A stretch of DNA of 64,000 nucleotides. It comes from Antedon mediterranea. Its lineage: Eukaryota > Animalia > Echinodermata. A program made the position numbers and the translations under genes. Of this stretch, positions 1 to 15,100 are shown piece after piece; the first letter of the stretch is position 1; each line of letters begins with the position of its first letter. The notes under the pieces were generated by a model that did no database searches, was not told the DNA's origin, and saw only the letters and a list, made by a program, of their open reading frames with translations. The stretch spans positions 5,642,001 through 5,706,000 of the forward strand of contig NC_092673.1 in NCBI RefSeq assembly GCF_964355755.1, in the 5' to 3' direction.

Positions 1-1029
1 TTAAACGTAAATCCGGAACCCTTGCAAATGTCATTGCTTAACGACCGTAGGAATCAAAATGGATTTCAACAAGATTTGCTTTTAAACACGACTCTCTCAC
101 AATGTCACACGCATAATGCCGCATAAATCTTGCGCAAATAGCCTTAAAGGTATAGAAGAGATTAATATACGTGCAGTGTGGGATACCCAAGATTTGTCAG
201 GCATATAAGGAGACCCAGAGGAATGCATTTATTAATCTTACGAGAAGCTGTGTAAACCAGTGTATATACAGCTTAATTATAATTACCTTTTGTTTAAAAT
301 GTTCTTTTGTTTATTATCCATTGTTTTTGAAGGTTGTGCTGTTTTATCCAGCATTAACTAGACTTTTAAAGTGAATTTAAATTATTAAAAAAAAAATTCA
401 GTGAAACAATTTTGAATCATGATGTACTAGAGCACTGAAGTGTAATAGTTAATAATCAATCATTACCTAGCCACAAATGGTATTTTTCTTTATTCCTTAA
501 TAGCGTATGGAATTGTTCTTATTTCTCAGTAGCCTAAGGGGTTTTTTAGGTATACTGGCAAACGAATCAAAATAAAAATCAAATTTAATTTGAACTTCTT
601 TAAATCAAAGCTTAAGACGTTTATCATCGGACTTTGACTTTACTATAAGTTTTCATTCATTAATTTGTGATGGAAACTAACGCAATATAAGATTTCCTTA
701 TAATTATTATTATTTCTTTAAAAAGGAGGATCAGGACTGTATAAAATGAGTTTGACAAAATAATGATATTACAATCTTAAATACATCAAAAGTTATCATC
801 TAGAACCATGCAAAACGAATTAAAATCAAATGTAACTCTTTATGCAGGAATCCATAAAGGAAGAGGACTGTATGATTTTGAAAATATAATTACAATACTA
901 TCTTGAATACATCAAAAGGTATCATCTAGAACCATGCAACTGAATCACAATATAAATCAAAGTTAATTCTTTAAGCAGGAATCCATAAATAATTATAATA
1001 CACTTTTGAATACATTTGTTTTGTTTTTA

Positions 1030-1283
1030 TATATTTAGGAAAATTTGCCAAGGATAACCACAAGCAAATTCATTCACTATCCTTCTTAAAGGATAGTGCA
1101 AACATATGCAAACATATACACAAGATGCTCTACATAAACAAAGTCTTATTACAAGTCTTTGGGAGTGGAGTTGTAATTTGTCAATAAAAATTAGAAAAAA
1201 TCTTGACATATGACAGGACTTATCCCCAAGACCGTTGGATTGGTAGCCCTAGCATCATAACCACCAAGTCACAACTCCACTCC
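1030..1283 (-). mobile_element. tRNA-derived SINE (family A)
   Basis: tRNA-like head on - strand; body shared with 13930-14171 and 61555-61719 (ACACAAGATGCTCTACATAAAC). Confidence 0.65.
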
Positions 1284-3162
1284 CAAATTCTGATAAAAAG
1301 TACTACAGTATTGGATGAAAGCAACTTTTATAGAAAATATAGTTACTCTGTCAACTCAAGTTGTATAGCAAAAGGCCAATTCCCTTTAAATCAATTATCT
1401 ACTAATTGATATACATTTTGTCTCCTAATTCATACACATCAATTTGATCAATTTCCTAAATTAAGTGGTTCTCTTTCACTGCTTTATTTACTGATTCAAT
1501 TTAAAAGCTTTGATCTGTCTAGAAAAATAATATTTATAGTATGCAAAATGTATGAATAGTATATAAATAGGTTAGTTTTAACTCCTGATTCTTGAGGTTT
1601 GTCTACGCTAGATTCAGATTCGATTTATTAATTCATTCATACATACATAGTATAATGATAATTGTTTTCTTGGCAAAAAAACACAAGCAAAACAATACAC
1701 ACATAATATTTACATTCGTGATCAACTTAGAACTAACAACAACAACAACAACTGACCAAGCGATATAAAATACAACAGACCTAATGACCTATCTTTGAAA
1801 CTCATTGTTGTGTAGTCTAATAGCGCTAGAAAGAATGAAAATTTATGTCTATTTGTTTTAACTGGAATTGTTAATCTTCCAGATCTAATAAATAATTTTC
1901 TTGCAATACAGCAGGGGAGACTGATTTGTAATATTGTATATGATAGGGAAGAAGGTTCAAGTTGTGGATTATAAATCTCTAATATTACAGTATGGATGTT
2001 ACTTCTATGCTGTTAGTATTTTCACGTTTTCACCTGAGCTATCGGTATCCAATTAGTTACCTTGTTAAATTTAACATTTGAGAATAAGATTTCTACACAA
2101 AAGCCGGATGTATGGCAGCGGATGTGTACTGGAAAATAATATCCATGACGACTTTAAATACAAATTAATTATGACAAATTTGTCGCAGCATTTAAAACGT
2201 CAGTCTTATTTACGTTGTGCAGTATTTTTCTTGACAGATTGTCTTGCAGATTGTCGTTGAAGTACGTTAATGAACGTGTGACGTTAACACATGGTTATTA
2301 ATTCTCGTTAAGTTCGTTGATTTTCAAGAACATGCACTTCAGGCCGTACTCGAGTAGTATACGTTCATGATAGCTATACAGTCTACAGACACAAGAGTGT
2401 ATTGTACTTGAATCATCTAATTATTTTTTTTAATGCAATTTTTTTTAAAGAAAGCATGTACAATTCATTAGTTTTTCATTAGTTACTCTAGATAGGGCTC
2501 TTCACAAGGAAACGGAGAGTTTAAAATTCTGCTCGAATTAAGTGTTACCAGAATTAGACTTCTATTTGTTAAAATATTATTAATTTTGTTATTTACGTGT
2601 CTTCTTTAGGTGCTTGAATTCACACCATATGAAATACAGTACTATAAATAAAATTATTTATAAAGTACGTAAATGTATAGTTTTTATTATTATAATTTGA
2701 TGTATGGAAATTGTTTGAAAATGTCTTTTCTTTCTCCTCAGCCAAATGATGAATGTTTAATGTGATGTATCGTATGTAACAGCCCATTAAATTATCTTGT
2801 AACTAGTGCTATGCTGAAAATGTTACTAGTCGTCAAATATATTACACATACCGTTTTATGTAAAAATAAGTGTATATATTTCTTCATGCATATCATGCAC
2901 TTATACTCTTTTGTTTTAGGGACGATATTTTTTTTAATTTAATTTATTTCTTTTTGAGTCACCCACATCATAGCCCACAATATAAACAACTAAAATAACA
3001 GAATATTTAAATTTTAATATAGATTACTATTAGTTTGTGATGTTAATGAATCGATGAGTTTTGTGGCTGATATAATAATCTTATATTACCAAAACAATTT
3101 CTATTTTTTATTTTGCAGATTTCCTGTTTTTTCCTAGCTTTTTTTCCTAAACAAGTTTCAAA

Positions 3163-6100
3163 ATGTCGGTTAATTGGGGTGGTTTGGTGGCCGTCATAAT
3201 CTTCTACATTATCATCCTGGCCATTGGTCTGTTTGCCGCCAGAAAAACCAGAGGCAAGACCGACTCGGAGGATCTGATGTTAGCGGGCCGTAATATCGGT
3301 TTGGTTGTTGGCATTTTTACAATGACCGGTGAGCATTGAAACATTGATATTTTTAGTACTTCATTCATGTAACTTAGATAGTGTAGAAAAGCTTTCGGCT
3401 TCATGGGGCTTAAGAGATAAAACTGCAGTAGAAGCATAAACTAGTTTGCTTCGTTGACGTTACTTACTTGATGTTTATGTTGATTACCAGGGTTTGACCC
3501 CGGAATGACCTGACAGCGGTTCATATACGATAAACCACTAAAAAAAGACTTTTTAACACACCTGAGAAAATTCATGTCATTTGATTTATGAATATTCAAT
3601 AATTACTCCATTGAAACCATACGTCATAAATCGTGCAATTTTAGTATAGGACCATTGAATTTTGTAATATGGCCATTGAATTAAATGCGCATTCATTCTT
3701 GTTACAATGAGCAACAACTATTAAATAATCTACTCAACGTTAAAAATTAGATCGCCTATTTATTTCATTGTACTCATAAACATTTATTATTTGTATATGT
3801 AGTTGGTTCATGATTAATGCACAAAACATTAAAAAGAAACAGAATTTTAGTCATCGTTAAACCAATCACAGCTTTCCATTATTTGTGCGGCTATGCTTAT
3901 TTCAAAATCTGTCATAGTCATGAAAGTAACGACGATTCTATTTTATGATGCATGGAATTGTACACAAGCAGTGTCTCAAATTAGCACTCTAAAAAATGCT
4001 ATATATTTCTCCGTAGGGACATAAATTATAATATTAACATTAAATGTACTAAAGACATTGTAACTTTACAGTGCAAGAATAAAACATGGTATTTAGCGTT
4101 TTATTAAAGTTATGATATTTAGTTTACAATGGTTGTATTAGTGATGCAGAACATTTAGTGACAGTTTACTTAGTAAGATGTGTGATGCAATGTGTGATAA
4201 ACAAACATGTAATGTATCTTTGATTGTAAGCGCATGTAATTTCTTCGGATTGTTGGAGATAATAAAGTTTTCTTATGTTCGTCTGATGACAAAATACTAC
4301 TAAAATAGAACTTATTCTTTTAGACACTTCTATTTAAGAGACACCAAATAAGAGGACACTTCCATGAAATATATCAACTAGGGGAAAATATGTTTTAACT
4401 CTACAGCACCTACAATTGGTTGGGTCCTAAAAGTTTTTACTGTAATGAGGGCGTGTGGCGCAGTGTGTTGAACATTGGACTACTGATCATGAGATTGAGG
4501 TTTGAATCCAACTCTCGCTGCATTGCTTGTATTCTTTAGACAAGATACTTTTTACTTATGTTTGCCTCTCTCCACCCAGGTGTATAAATGGGTACCCGAC
4601 TCAACTTTGCGCTGATTACTAGCAGCATTATGGGAGTATGTTTCCATACGTGTTTGATAAAAAAAAAATGACTGGGGTAATAATTTTCAGCGCAGTTGTC
4701 CGCAACTTATTTTGACCTCCATCCGCACATTTTTGATGTTTTTCTTGTTTATTGTAATTTTCTTTTTGCAATTTGTAATTTTTATCTTTTATTTTAGAAT
4801 GTGTGGAGAAACTAATAAAACAAACAAACAAAATGTTATGTTATGGATAATTATGTCAACCAACAGCATTTAGTCCCATCTGGAGGATGTGGAATAATAT
4901 AAAAGGCACAGCTTATAATAACAATTACCTTCTCCATTACATGCATGCATTATGACACGAATCAATAACCCTCACTTAAGATTGATCAGTAATCAATACC
5001 AGCGTGATGGGTCTTGGCGGACTAACATTTGTATAAGAGATTGAATGTCTTGGGGGTAAAACATATCTCAATGTTTTGCTTTATAATTTTCCTAACAGCT
5101 GATTTTTAAATCCAATTTTGTGTTTCAGTAGGCCTATGCCTTCAACATCTATTTTCTTATAATAAGTAACTGATGGATATTAAAAATGAATTAATGCTTT
5201 TTAAATCTGTATAACTATGGTTTAGTTGATAGTTCAAAATACATTTTATAGCATTTAGTAATTAATTTATTCGATCAGTGTTTATTAATTGATTTTCAAA
5301 CAAATTTATTAACATGACGATTTAAATAAACTATATTTGTATGGTATTAAAGCTAAAAGTAAATATGAATTATAGTACTCAAATATTTAATTTAATTATC
5401 AAAGTTAGATTATAATGTTTAAAATAATTATCTTTTTGGATTTTGATCTGGCACAGTTTGTCAAAACAGAGGAAGTTGTTGCCTTGAAGGGAGACATGGG
5501 CAATTGCATCATTAAATATGATGACAAACCCATTAATGAACTTGTTCTGTTTTATATATCTAAATCTAGCAGGCAACATTTTCAATGCTTTCTCATTTAA
5601 TGAATGATGTGTAAAAGTTTTTATAATGTTGGCAACACTATAGATAATAATAAACATATTTTTCAAATATTTAAAAACTTGCAACCAAACTCATGGTGTG
5701 TTTAAAATGTAGTAAATAATTCCACATACAATTTTGGTCATTTTGGTACACCCATAGAGATATTATAGTGAACTATAATATCTCTATGGTACACCATATA
5801 TGGATGCATGCAATAGCAACAATTTGTAAACAACAGGCAAACTCTCTCTCTTATTACTTAAATTTAGAATGTTAAAATAAGAATTGTTATCTTGGAAGTT
5901 CTGATTTACATTTTACTATACACAAAATGAGTATCAATGGGCACCTTGGTACACATATCAGCATTGATAGGTACCATGGGAAGTTGTGTTTATGTTGTTG
6001 AACTGATTCATAGAAATAATTTTTGTGAATAATGGTATACTTCTACGAAAACCCAACTGCAGTGTGAATTCTGAAGGCAATCTTAAATTCTTCACGAAAA

Positions 6101-9100
6101 GACGTCAAAGAGATTGAAGCTTTCTCATTTGTGATCATATGGGAGCGATATTGTGCATGTAATGAGTGTTATAATGTGATGCTGGAATGGTTACAAAGGA
6201 CAGAGAGATGTAATATTATAATTTGTAGTAACATTAACAATTTCTTTTAAAGATGTATTGTCCCTAAAAACATGAAAAATGATGAATATTTAAATCATAC
6301 TATTTTGTAGTTTTAATAAAGTTAATCACTCCTGTAAAAAAAAAACCCCAACAAATAATTAATTTACTTATAAAAAGACAAAAACAAACGGTTAATTTTA
6401 ACCAAAAACCATTTTCTGACAGACAATTAAGTTTTTTTTTCTATTTTTTAGTGGGCCTCCATCACAAGCCCCTTGGGGTTTCTTGGAGGTCCCTTTCATC
6501 TTTTTTAAACTTGTTTTACTCCTTCAATTTCTGTGCTTTGTTTTTGATATGAATAAAGAGATTTAAATTTGTTTTTATTTGAACTATACGTTTCCTAAAA
6601 AATATGACTTTCCTACAAAATATGACGTTTCCTAGAAAATATATGTTTACAAATAAACATTAAAGACCCCTTCCCTGCAATTTTGGACGTTTTTTGGAAA
6701 ATAATACATATTTATCACTTTAAAAACATTAAACCATGTCATTCCTTGTCTTAAATGTACGTTTTATGGTAAATTATGATAAAAAGTGAGAAACAATGCA
6801 CTACCTAAGTAGCTCGCGGCGATCGACCTCTCGTGGACGGTCTTAGGCCTAGCCATCTAGGCTTAGTTTTGTAGGCCTAGCTGGTAAACATCGGTAACGT
6901 ACGAACATCATACGCTAGCTATATACCTAGCCTGACGTTGTATAGTTGCTGCATTAATTGTCTTTCTATTTTTGCCAGACTCGGTTGATACAAATTGGGG
7001 AAAACCCGGTATTTTCCCTGAAAAGTTAGGAGTCTTCCATTTGTTTTGGCCTCACACGATCGATCGAAATGTGGGCGAATTACAGGTGAAAAACAAAAAT
7101 ATCAATCCGCGCGCAATGCATTTTGGGATTTATAGCGGGCTGCTATAATTATTAGAATCTACTTATTTTTTACATTTGTCACCGTTTAAAGATGAAAAAA
7201 GTTATCGCAATAGGACCATATAGTATTATTTTTACATTAAATATAGTTTGTGATCTTAAATTAGATCTAAAAAACGTAGGGAAGGGGGCTTTAAGTACTT
7301 AAGACACAAACAATAAAAAGACAATGTCATTGTTATTCTTATAATAACAAATTAGGCTCTCGCGATAATTTCCTTTTACGAGACATTACGCAGATTTTTA
7401 TTGCTATGATATTTTCTTAGACGAGGTTGTAAATAAATTAAGTTGTGTTATGATAGAGTATTAAGTTTTATGTAGTTATGACAAGTACTGTATATGACAT
7501 ATTAAATACAAAATCATAACATCCAAACATTTTTTTTACAAGCAATTATCATGTCTAAAACTGGTTATTTTCCAATTAATAGTTAATTATTTTGTAATGA
7601 TAATTTATAATGTTAATAATTCTACTTCTTTTGTTTTCTTTCGCCAAACTTGAATTGTAATTTCTTCTCATTTTCATTAACCCAAACAGGGCTCAATTTA
7701 TTCAATTTAGACCATAGACCATTCTCTGTTTAATTTCAGACATATCGAAATACATAGGGGGACACCAGTGCCCCCCCCCCCTCTATCCGTCTTGGGACAT
7801 CCCTTTTATTAACATGATATAACTAATTATTTATTTGCTAATTATTTTATTTGTTTTCTATTAAATGTTCCTAAAATGTCATTCTTAAATGAAAGTTACA
7901 TTTTTGGGATGAAGATAAATTTCTATACAGATGAAGCTATAGAAGGACCGTTGATAAATAATTAGTGAAATAATTCTAATTCTAATCAAGTTTTTTTTTA
8001 TAATGTTTAATGTCAATTTGTTTAATGTATTTTTGTTTGTTTTTGCAGCAACATGGGTTGGTGGTGGATACATCAACGGTACAGCTCAATCCGTGTTTGA
8101 CTCGGGGCTATTATGGGCGCAGGCACCATGGGGATATGCCATCAGTCTTGTACTTGGTAAGTATGTGGTTAAACATGGGCTTGGCATGGATTTGTTTATG
8201 CCTCTCAACAAACAGGGCTAAACCTCTTTAGACCATAGCTTCTGTGGTTAATTTTGGACATATCGAAATACATTGGGAGAACCCCCCTTCTCTCCCATAG
8301 AGACACTTTGAAACAACGAAGGTAAAATATATGTTATGATACAACTTAAGTGGCTGAGCGGTTAACTACTGAGTGACCGAGCAAGTAAGGACAGTGGAAC
8401 CATAATCATTAAGGGTTTGAGGCTCACTCCCTACAAGGTCCTGGTGGTAGAACGAGTCTTCTCGGATCGGATAACGACTATAGACCATAGGTCCAGTGTA
8501 CACATCTGGTTCATGTGCACTTTAAAGAACCTAGTAAATCTCTCAGGACAAGTAGGTGGTTACCCCGGTGTACTAGTTCACATAGCCACTGTCACAAACT
8601 CATCATAGTAATATACTATACACTGGACCCTCTGGGAGAACAGTCTTTGACCGAAAGGCTATGCCCAGTATAAAAAATAAATAATAATAATTAGGGAGAC
8701 ACTTTGTTGGGCCTCAGAGGTGTCCCTTATTTCTACTGTATATGAATTTAGAAAAATAATTTATTGTTTCTGACTGAGTAAGATTGTTTAAATAGTGTGA
8801 TAGAGTTTCGTTGACGCTCAGCAGAAAAAAACAAGGTCACCTAATTGATTACAATCTACTGAGAAAGAAAAATCAATTAATTAGTACAAACTCTTATCAA
8901 GCAAGATTCTATATAAAGATTGAGTTGTAAATGATATGACAGGCTTTCAGGTCTGACTAGTCAATTCAGTTTAAAGCTGCATTCACACTGGGTTTTTATA
9001 ATGGGGATTTTACTATTTAGTTTAAATTTGAGTTCACACTGGGTTTGTTATATGGTGGTTTGACTATTATTCTGTTTAAAGCTGCATTCACACTGGGTTT

Positions 9101-12100
9101 GTTTTATGGTGGTTTGACTATTCAGTTTAAAGTTGAGTTCACACTGGGGTTGTTATAGGATGGTTTTACTATTATTTAGTTTAAAGCTGCATTCACACTG
9201 GGTTTGTTATATGGTGGTTTGACTATTCAGTTTAAAGTTGCATTCACACTGGGTTTTTTTAATGGTCGTTTGACTATTCAGTTTAAAGTGAGTTCACACT
9301 GGGTTTGTCATAGGATGGTTTTACTATTATTTAGTTTAAAGCTGCATTCACACTGGGTTTGTTATATGGTGGTTTGACTATTCAGTTTAAAGTTGCATTC
9401 ACACTGGGTTTTTTTAATGGCCATTTGACTATTCAGTTTAAAGTGAGTTCACACATGAGTCTCCCAGTGAAAATTGCAATTTCTTTGATCCTGCCAAACC
9501 ATGACATAGGGCATTGCCTTCCCAGTTTCAACACACTAGTTCCTATACTTTTCATTAATGTACTAAGTTATTTTATTCAAACAAGACCAATGAACTAATG
9601 TCATCCATTGAATTATTATTTTAAATATCTCTGACATTTGTACTATCATATTCAAAATAATTTTATGCAATGTTTAAAATAATAACTATTTCCCATAGCT
9701 AATACGATCCGAGTGGAGTAATTGATCATAGAAATCCATATACGAACTTGGAAACAAATTACCCGTGCGGTTGTAACAAGAGGACCTCTATTGATCCGAA
9801 TGCTAGTTGATATGTAAACCTAGCCAAGTTGCTATAAAGTGTTCTTAACAAATTAGCCTACTTCACAAGGTCACGTGATCCATCAATAGATAAACTGTAC
9901 ATACACAGGTTAACAAGACCTTGTGGAATTTTACCCTTTAATTTGATAAATACAATTAATTAATTGACGTCTCATAAAGACTAAATGACGTCCGTGTTTA
10001 CATTTCTAATTACGCAATTCCTCTGATTGATTTAAACTAATTTAGATCTTAATTCGTGGTTTACGGCACGAACACTATTATGTAAATTATGCAAATTGCT
10101 CTAATGTGATTGTTTCATGCTAATAATCTATTTGGAAAATAACAAATGTACGTGGACAAACCATTTGAAAATTTATAAATTATACAAACTATGCCATTGA
10201 ATCATAATTATACTAATAATCTATATGTTTTATAGAATTTGAAAAAAAACCCAAACAAATGTACTGAAACTATCAAGAAGACCACATGAAAATTAAGAAA
10301 TGTACTCTTTGTAAAATGTTTTTAAAATCATCTGCAGTATGATTTTCATACATACCATTTGGTTAAGATAAGAAAATAAGATTAAGAAAGTGCTCAGTAT
10401 ATTTTCTCAAAATTGTGCGACAAAGAAAATCCTAAACATAGGAGAAACTATAGATTGATAATTATTGGAATACGGTATGCATAATTATACATATATGGTT
10501 TTTAAAATTTAAACAGATTGCAAGGAAATCTCATCTTTAGTCTTAAAGCTCTGCCTATACTATCAAATGTGACAAAAAATGTGATATGCCCAAATATGGA
10601 CATAGTGATGTCATATCACTACCATATTTGGGCATATCACTGCCATTTATAGGGTACATCACACTTTTTTTTAAAAACTAGTTTGATAGTGTAGACAGGG
10701 ACTCGGGCATACCTACATACAGATTTATGTTATGTTTCAACCTCGCATATAAGTAGGCTATAGTTAGAGGCTTATAATAATAAATAGTAATAATACAATT
10801 AATGTCCAAGTAGCCATACGTCATTTCTAGATGTCCATTATCTCGTTGGCAACTGTGATTTTTTTTTTAGACTTGCAAATAATACTTGAGAAATACATTA
10901 TGAATATTTATGACGTCAAAACAGTTGTCTAATTTTGTGAGATGTGTATTCTTAATATCTTATTTATAAAGTAGACAACTAGCTAGAGTAATAAATAGTA
11001 ACTTAATACATTGTTCAATTACCAATTTTTTGCTTTTGAAACTAAATGTTTTATTATATAAATTATTTATGCATTAGTATAGATAATTAAAATAACTTAA
11101 GCTCTATGGCAGTGATATTACCAAATATGGTTGTGATATGGCATCATCATATCCATATATGGGAACATCACATTTCTTTGTCACATAAAGTTTAATAGTA
11201 TAGACAGAGATTTAGAGACCATCACAGTTATTCTACTGCAGTAAATACATTTTGTTTAGGTTCGTTAACCTGTTTAATTATTGAGCAAGTTTTTTTGAGA
11301 AATCACATAGTTTTGTAGTGAATCCCATAAAATAAAATCATACGTTGTCATATAGGTCCCTTAATAATAAATAAATATTGCTTACATAATAAATAGTAGA
11401 TTAAAGTTTGGCTGAATTAATTCAAAATAATTCAATACAGTTACAGTAACACACTATAATCAATAACAATAACAAATAGTAAACTTTTTTAAAGCAGAAA
11501 TAATTTCAGAAAAGTAATCTTATTTAAAATATATTTGCAAGTAGGCTATGACTGCAGGCTTGTAATAAATAGTGATTTAATAAGGTTATATTGGCTGTAC
11601 TTAATTATTACTACTATCTAGGATACTTAGTATCTGATGTGATGGTTATAAATATTTTGATGAAAACTTTTCATAGTATTGATGAAATCAATTTGGAATA
11701 TATATTGTAAGACATTGATAATTATGATAACTATTATGATGATTATTTCATATTGTAAGTTGTTATTATTATAAATTAAGGACCAAAATTGAATCATTCT
11801 TTTTGGCTGTAGAACATCGTCAGTGGAATCTCCACAATAAAATTATCCTTTTGACCTTTACAAACGAGAAATGTATATTTTAATTCTGTTTATTCTGGAA
11901 AATGACCCGTGGTAACGTTTGTGTACTAGTTCGCATGTAATGTACGAGTGCATACTAAGTAACTACCGCGTTCTAGTGCATACTAAGTAACGACCTCGTA
12001 AATCGAGTTGTGTGCTACGCCACCTGTTTACGCAGTGGATGATATTAGTCGTCGTTCCCTCGAGGTAAATTGCACGTGGTTGTAAATTACGAACGAGTAA

Positions 12101-15100
12101 ATAAAATGAGGATTTGTAATAAAGAAAGAAAATATTTGGAAGGTGTAAATGAAGATTAAATTTATTTTGAATGCTATGGGAAGTCTGCCAATGCATCGTA
12201 AATCATATAGATTGTTGTTAAGAAACTAGTTTCTGCAATTTTATTCATTATGAATATTTACCTATTAATCATTTATTCACAATAAATGCTAATAATTTCT
12301 TTTATGTTTTTTCGGTTTTATAAAAATTATCCCGGATGTCGTATCAATGTCAGTAGGATTTAAACTCTGACCCCGTGCCACTCCAACCACTTAGATTGAT
12401 CACCATCTATAGAATGTACCTGTCAATATATTTTGTGTACATTTATTTTGTAATGGTGAAATTTGTAATAAATCATTTGAAATGAATAAAGTTGTTTTCA
12501 GTTGACACGTTTTATTTATCAGCAAATAAATAATATTAATCGGACTACATAATTTGTTTGCTGTCAAAATTCTGTAATCTGTTGCTAGTGTAAATCATGA
12601 TATTTGGTATCTTAATATTAACTTAACTGTGTTAATTTTTTAAAATATAAATGATACAAAAGAATAAAGAAATAGTAAATGTGTCTATATTTGCATCAGT
12701 AGAACCCCTATTAATGGGCAGGGCCCACGAAAGTGTCCTCTTGATATAGTCTATATAGTATACATCATGATATTTGGTGTCTTAATATTAACTCAACTAT
12801 CTTTATTTTTTTAAATATAAATGATACAAAAGAATAAAGAAATAATATAAAGTGCCTATATCAGGCCTTTTCTAAACTGCCCTTGAGGAGTGTGATTTAC
12901 AACACACTTCAATTTGGTAAACTTCTACACACCAAAATACAAACAGCACACCTACAACATCCCTAATTTATTGAGGAGTGCAATTTGTAACACACCTATA
13001 ATTATCAAAAGACAAGGTCTGATATATTGTACAACCCTATTAAGGGGATACTGTACCTTCGGGACCCAGGAAATATCCTTATAGAGGTTTGCTGTAGTAT
13101 TAAAACATATTTCCCTTCATTTGTTTCACAGAAAAGTGTTCCTAAATAGAGGTAGTATCCTAAAGTACCTTACTGAATGTCAATTTCAAAGGATTAATAT
13201 TAATTTTGTTCTTTTTTGATAGGTGGACTATTATTTGCCAAGAAGATGCGAGAACAGGGATATGTGACCATGCTGGATCCTTTCCAACAAAAGTATGGAG
13301 AAAGGATGGGAGGTCTTCTGTTCTTGCCAGCACTGTCTGGAGAGGTGTTTTGGTCGGCGGCCATCTTGTCTTCGCTAGGTAATTATGCAAATATGTTGCA
13401 TTAAAGTATTACTGCTACTTCTATCGTAACACAGCACCCTTTTCACTACTTTGAACTAATTTTCAGTCTTTTTTATGTTTCATTTTGGTACAAATTGTTT
13501 AGGTAATCAATCAAATAAACATTTCTCTTTTCTCAGTGGTAATAATATATATAATAGTTAATGTGAGCAAATTTAGAGGGCGAAAGGTTGAAAGATGCGC
13601 CCTTTGATCATCTTCTGATAAATGATCTTGCTATTTCCTTGACGAAAAATAATATAAAACACAATATTCACTCATTGTAACCTGAACTTAATTATAATTA
13701 GTCATAATCATGAAAAAAAAAATCGAATCATAAATGACTTTCTTCTTTGCAGAAATATAATCAGTGAATTTATTATTTTTTTGAAACTTTATTATATGCT
13801 CAATAATAATTACAATTAATAATGAAATAGGCTAATATAAAAAATGTCAATTATGTAAAACCAATTCAGTGATCAGAAATAATTTGTATTATGACTTCTT
13901 CATACTGTTTGTTTATTATTGTTTTTTTATATATTTAGGCAAATTGCCAAGGATAACAATAATCAAATTCATTCACTATCCAGTTCACAACACAAACATA
14001 CACAAGATGCTCTACATAAACTAAATTACAAGGCTTTAGGAGTGGAGTTGTAATTTGTCATTAGAAAAAATCCTGAAATATTACAGGACTTGAACCCAGG
14101 ACCCTTGGATTGGTAGCCAAGCATCATAACCACCAAGCCACAACTCTACTCCAAAACCACAACTCCACTCCAACAGATGAAAATATTATATAATTTTTTC
14201 TTTTGAACTTAAATTCACTTATTATTTTCAGGAGCAACTGTGAGTGTCATATTGGAAATCAACCTGGAGTTGGCCGTCATCATCTCTGCGTGTATTGCGG
14301 TATTTTACACGCTATTTGGCGGCCTCTATTCAGTGGCTTACACCGACGTTGTACAGCTTATTTGTATATTTATAGGACTGGTAAGGTTTTTTTTTATTTT
14401 TGACATATCTTAATTTTGGATTTATTTGATCTCTACTGGATTAATTGTAAAGGAGTTGCAAAACTCATTCTTTTTTCTCTGTCTACACTATCAAACTAGT
14501 TTGACAAAAAAAATGTGTGATGTACCCAAATATGATAGTGATATGTCATCATGTCCATATATGGGCGCATCACATTTTTGTCACAAAGTTTGATTATGTC
14601 TACACTATCAAAGTTTATGTGACAAAAAAATGTGATGTGCCCATATATGGACATGATGATGTCATATCACTATCATATTTGGGCATGTCATTACCATATT
14701 TGAGCACATCACATTTTTTTTGTCAAAAATAGTTTGATAGTGTAGACAGAGCATTAGAAATCAAACTTGTTTTACCATTGTTTAATGATATCTAATAATT
14801 GTTAATTTTTCTGTTGTTAAAACCATTAACATGTTTTTTTGTGTTTCGCGTTTACTTGAATTTACTTCTAATTGATTTATATTCTGTATTGTTTACCAAG
14901 CGTGTAAATAGTTTACATTTCTTAGTGGCGTATATTGATTCTCTTTCCTGTAAACACATTTAGAGAACTGAAAATATTAGAAGAGTTCACTAAGGAATGA
15001 AATAAGATTATGAAAGATATTATAATTATTTGAAGCTCTGTCTACACTATCAAACTAGTTTGACAAAAAAAAGTGGGATGTGCCCAAATATGGTAGTGAT

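Noticed and set aside
14085-14152. tRNA gene
   Set aside because: A and B boxes are joined to a shared non-tRNA body in three diverged copies, i.e. SINE heads.
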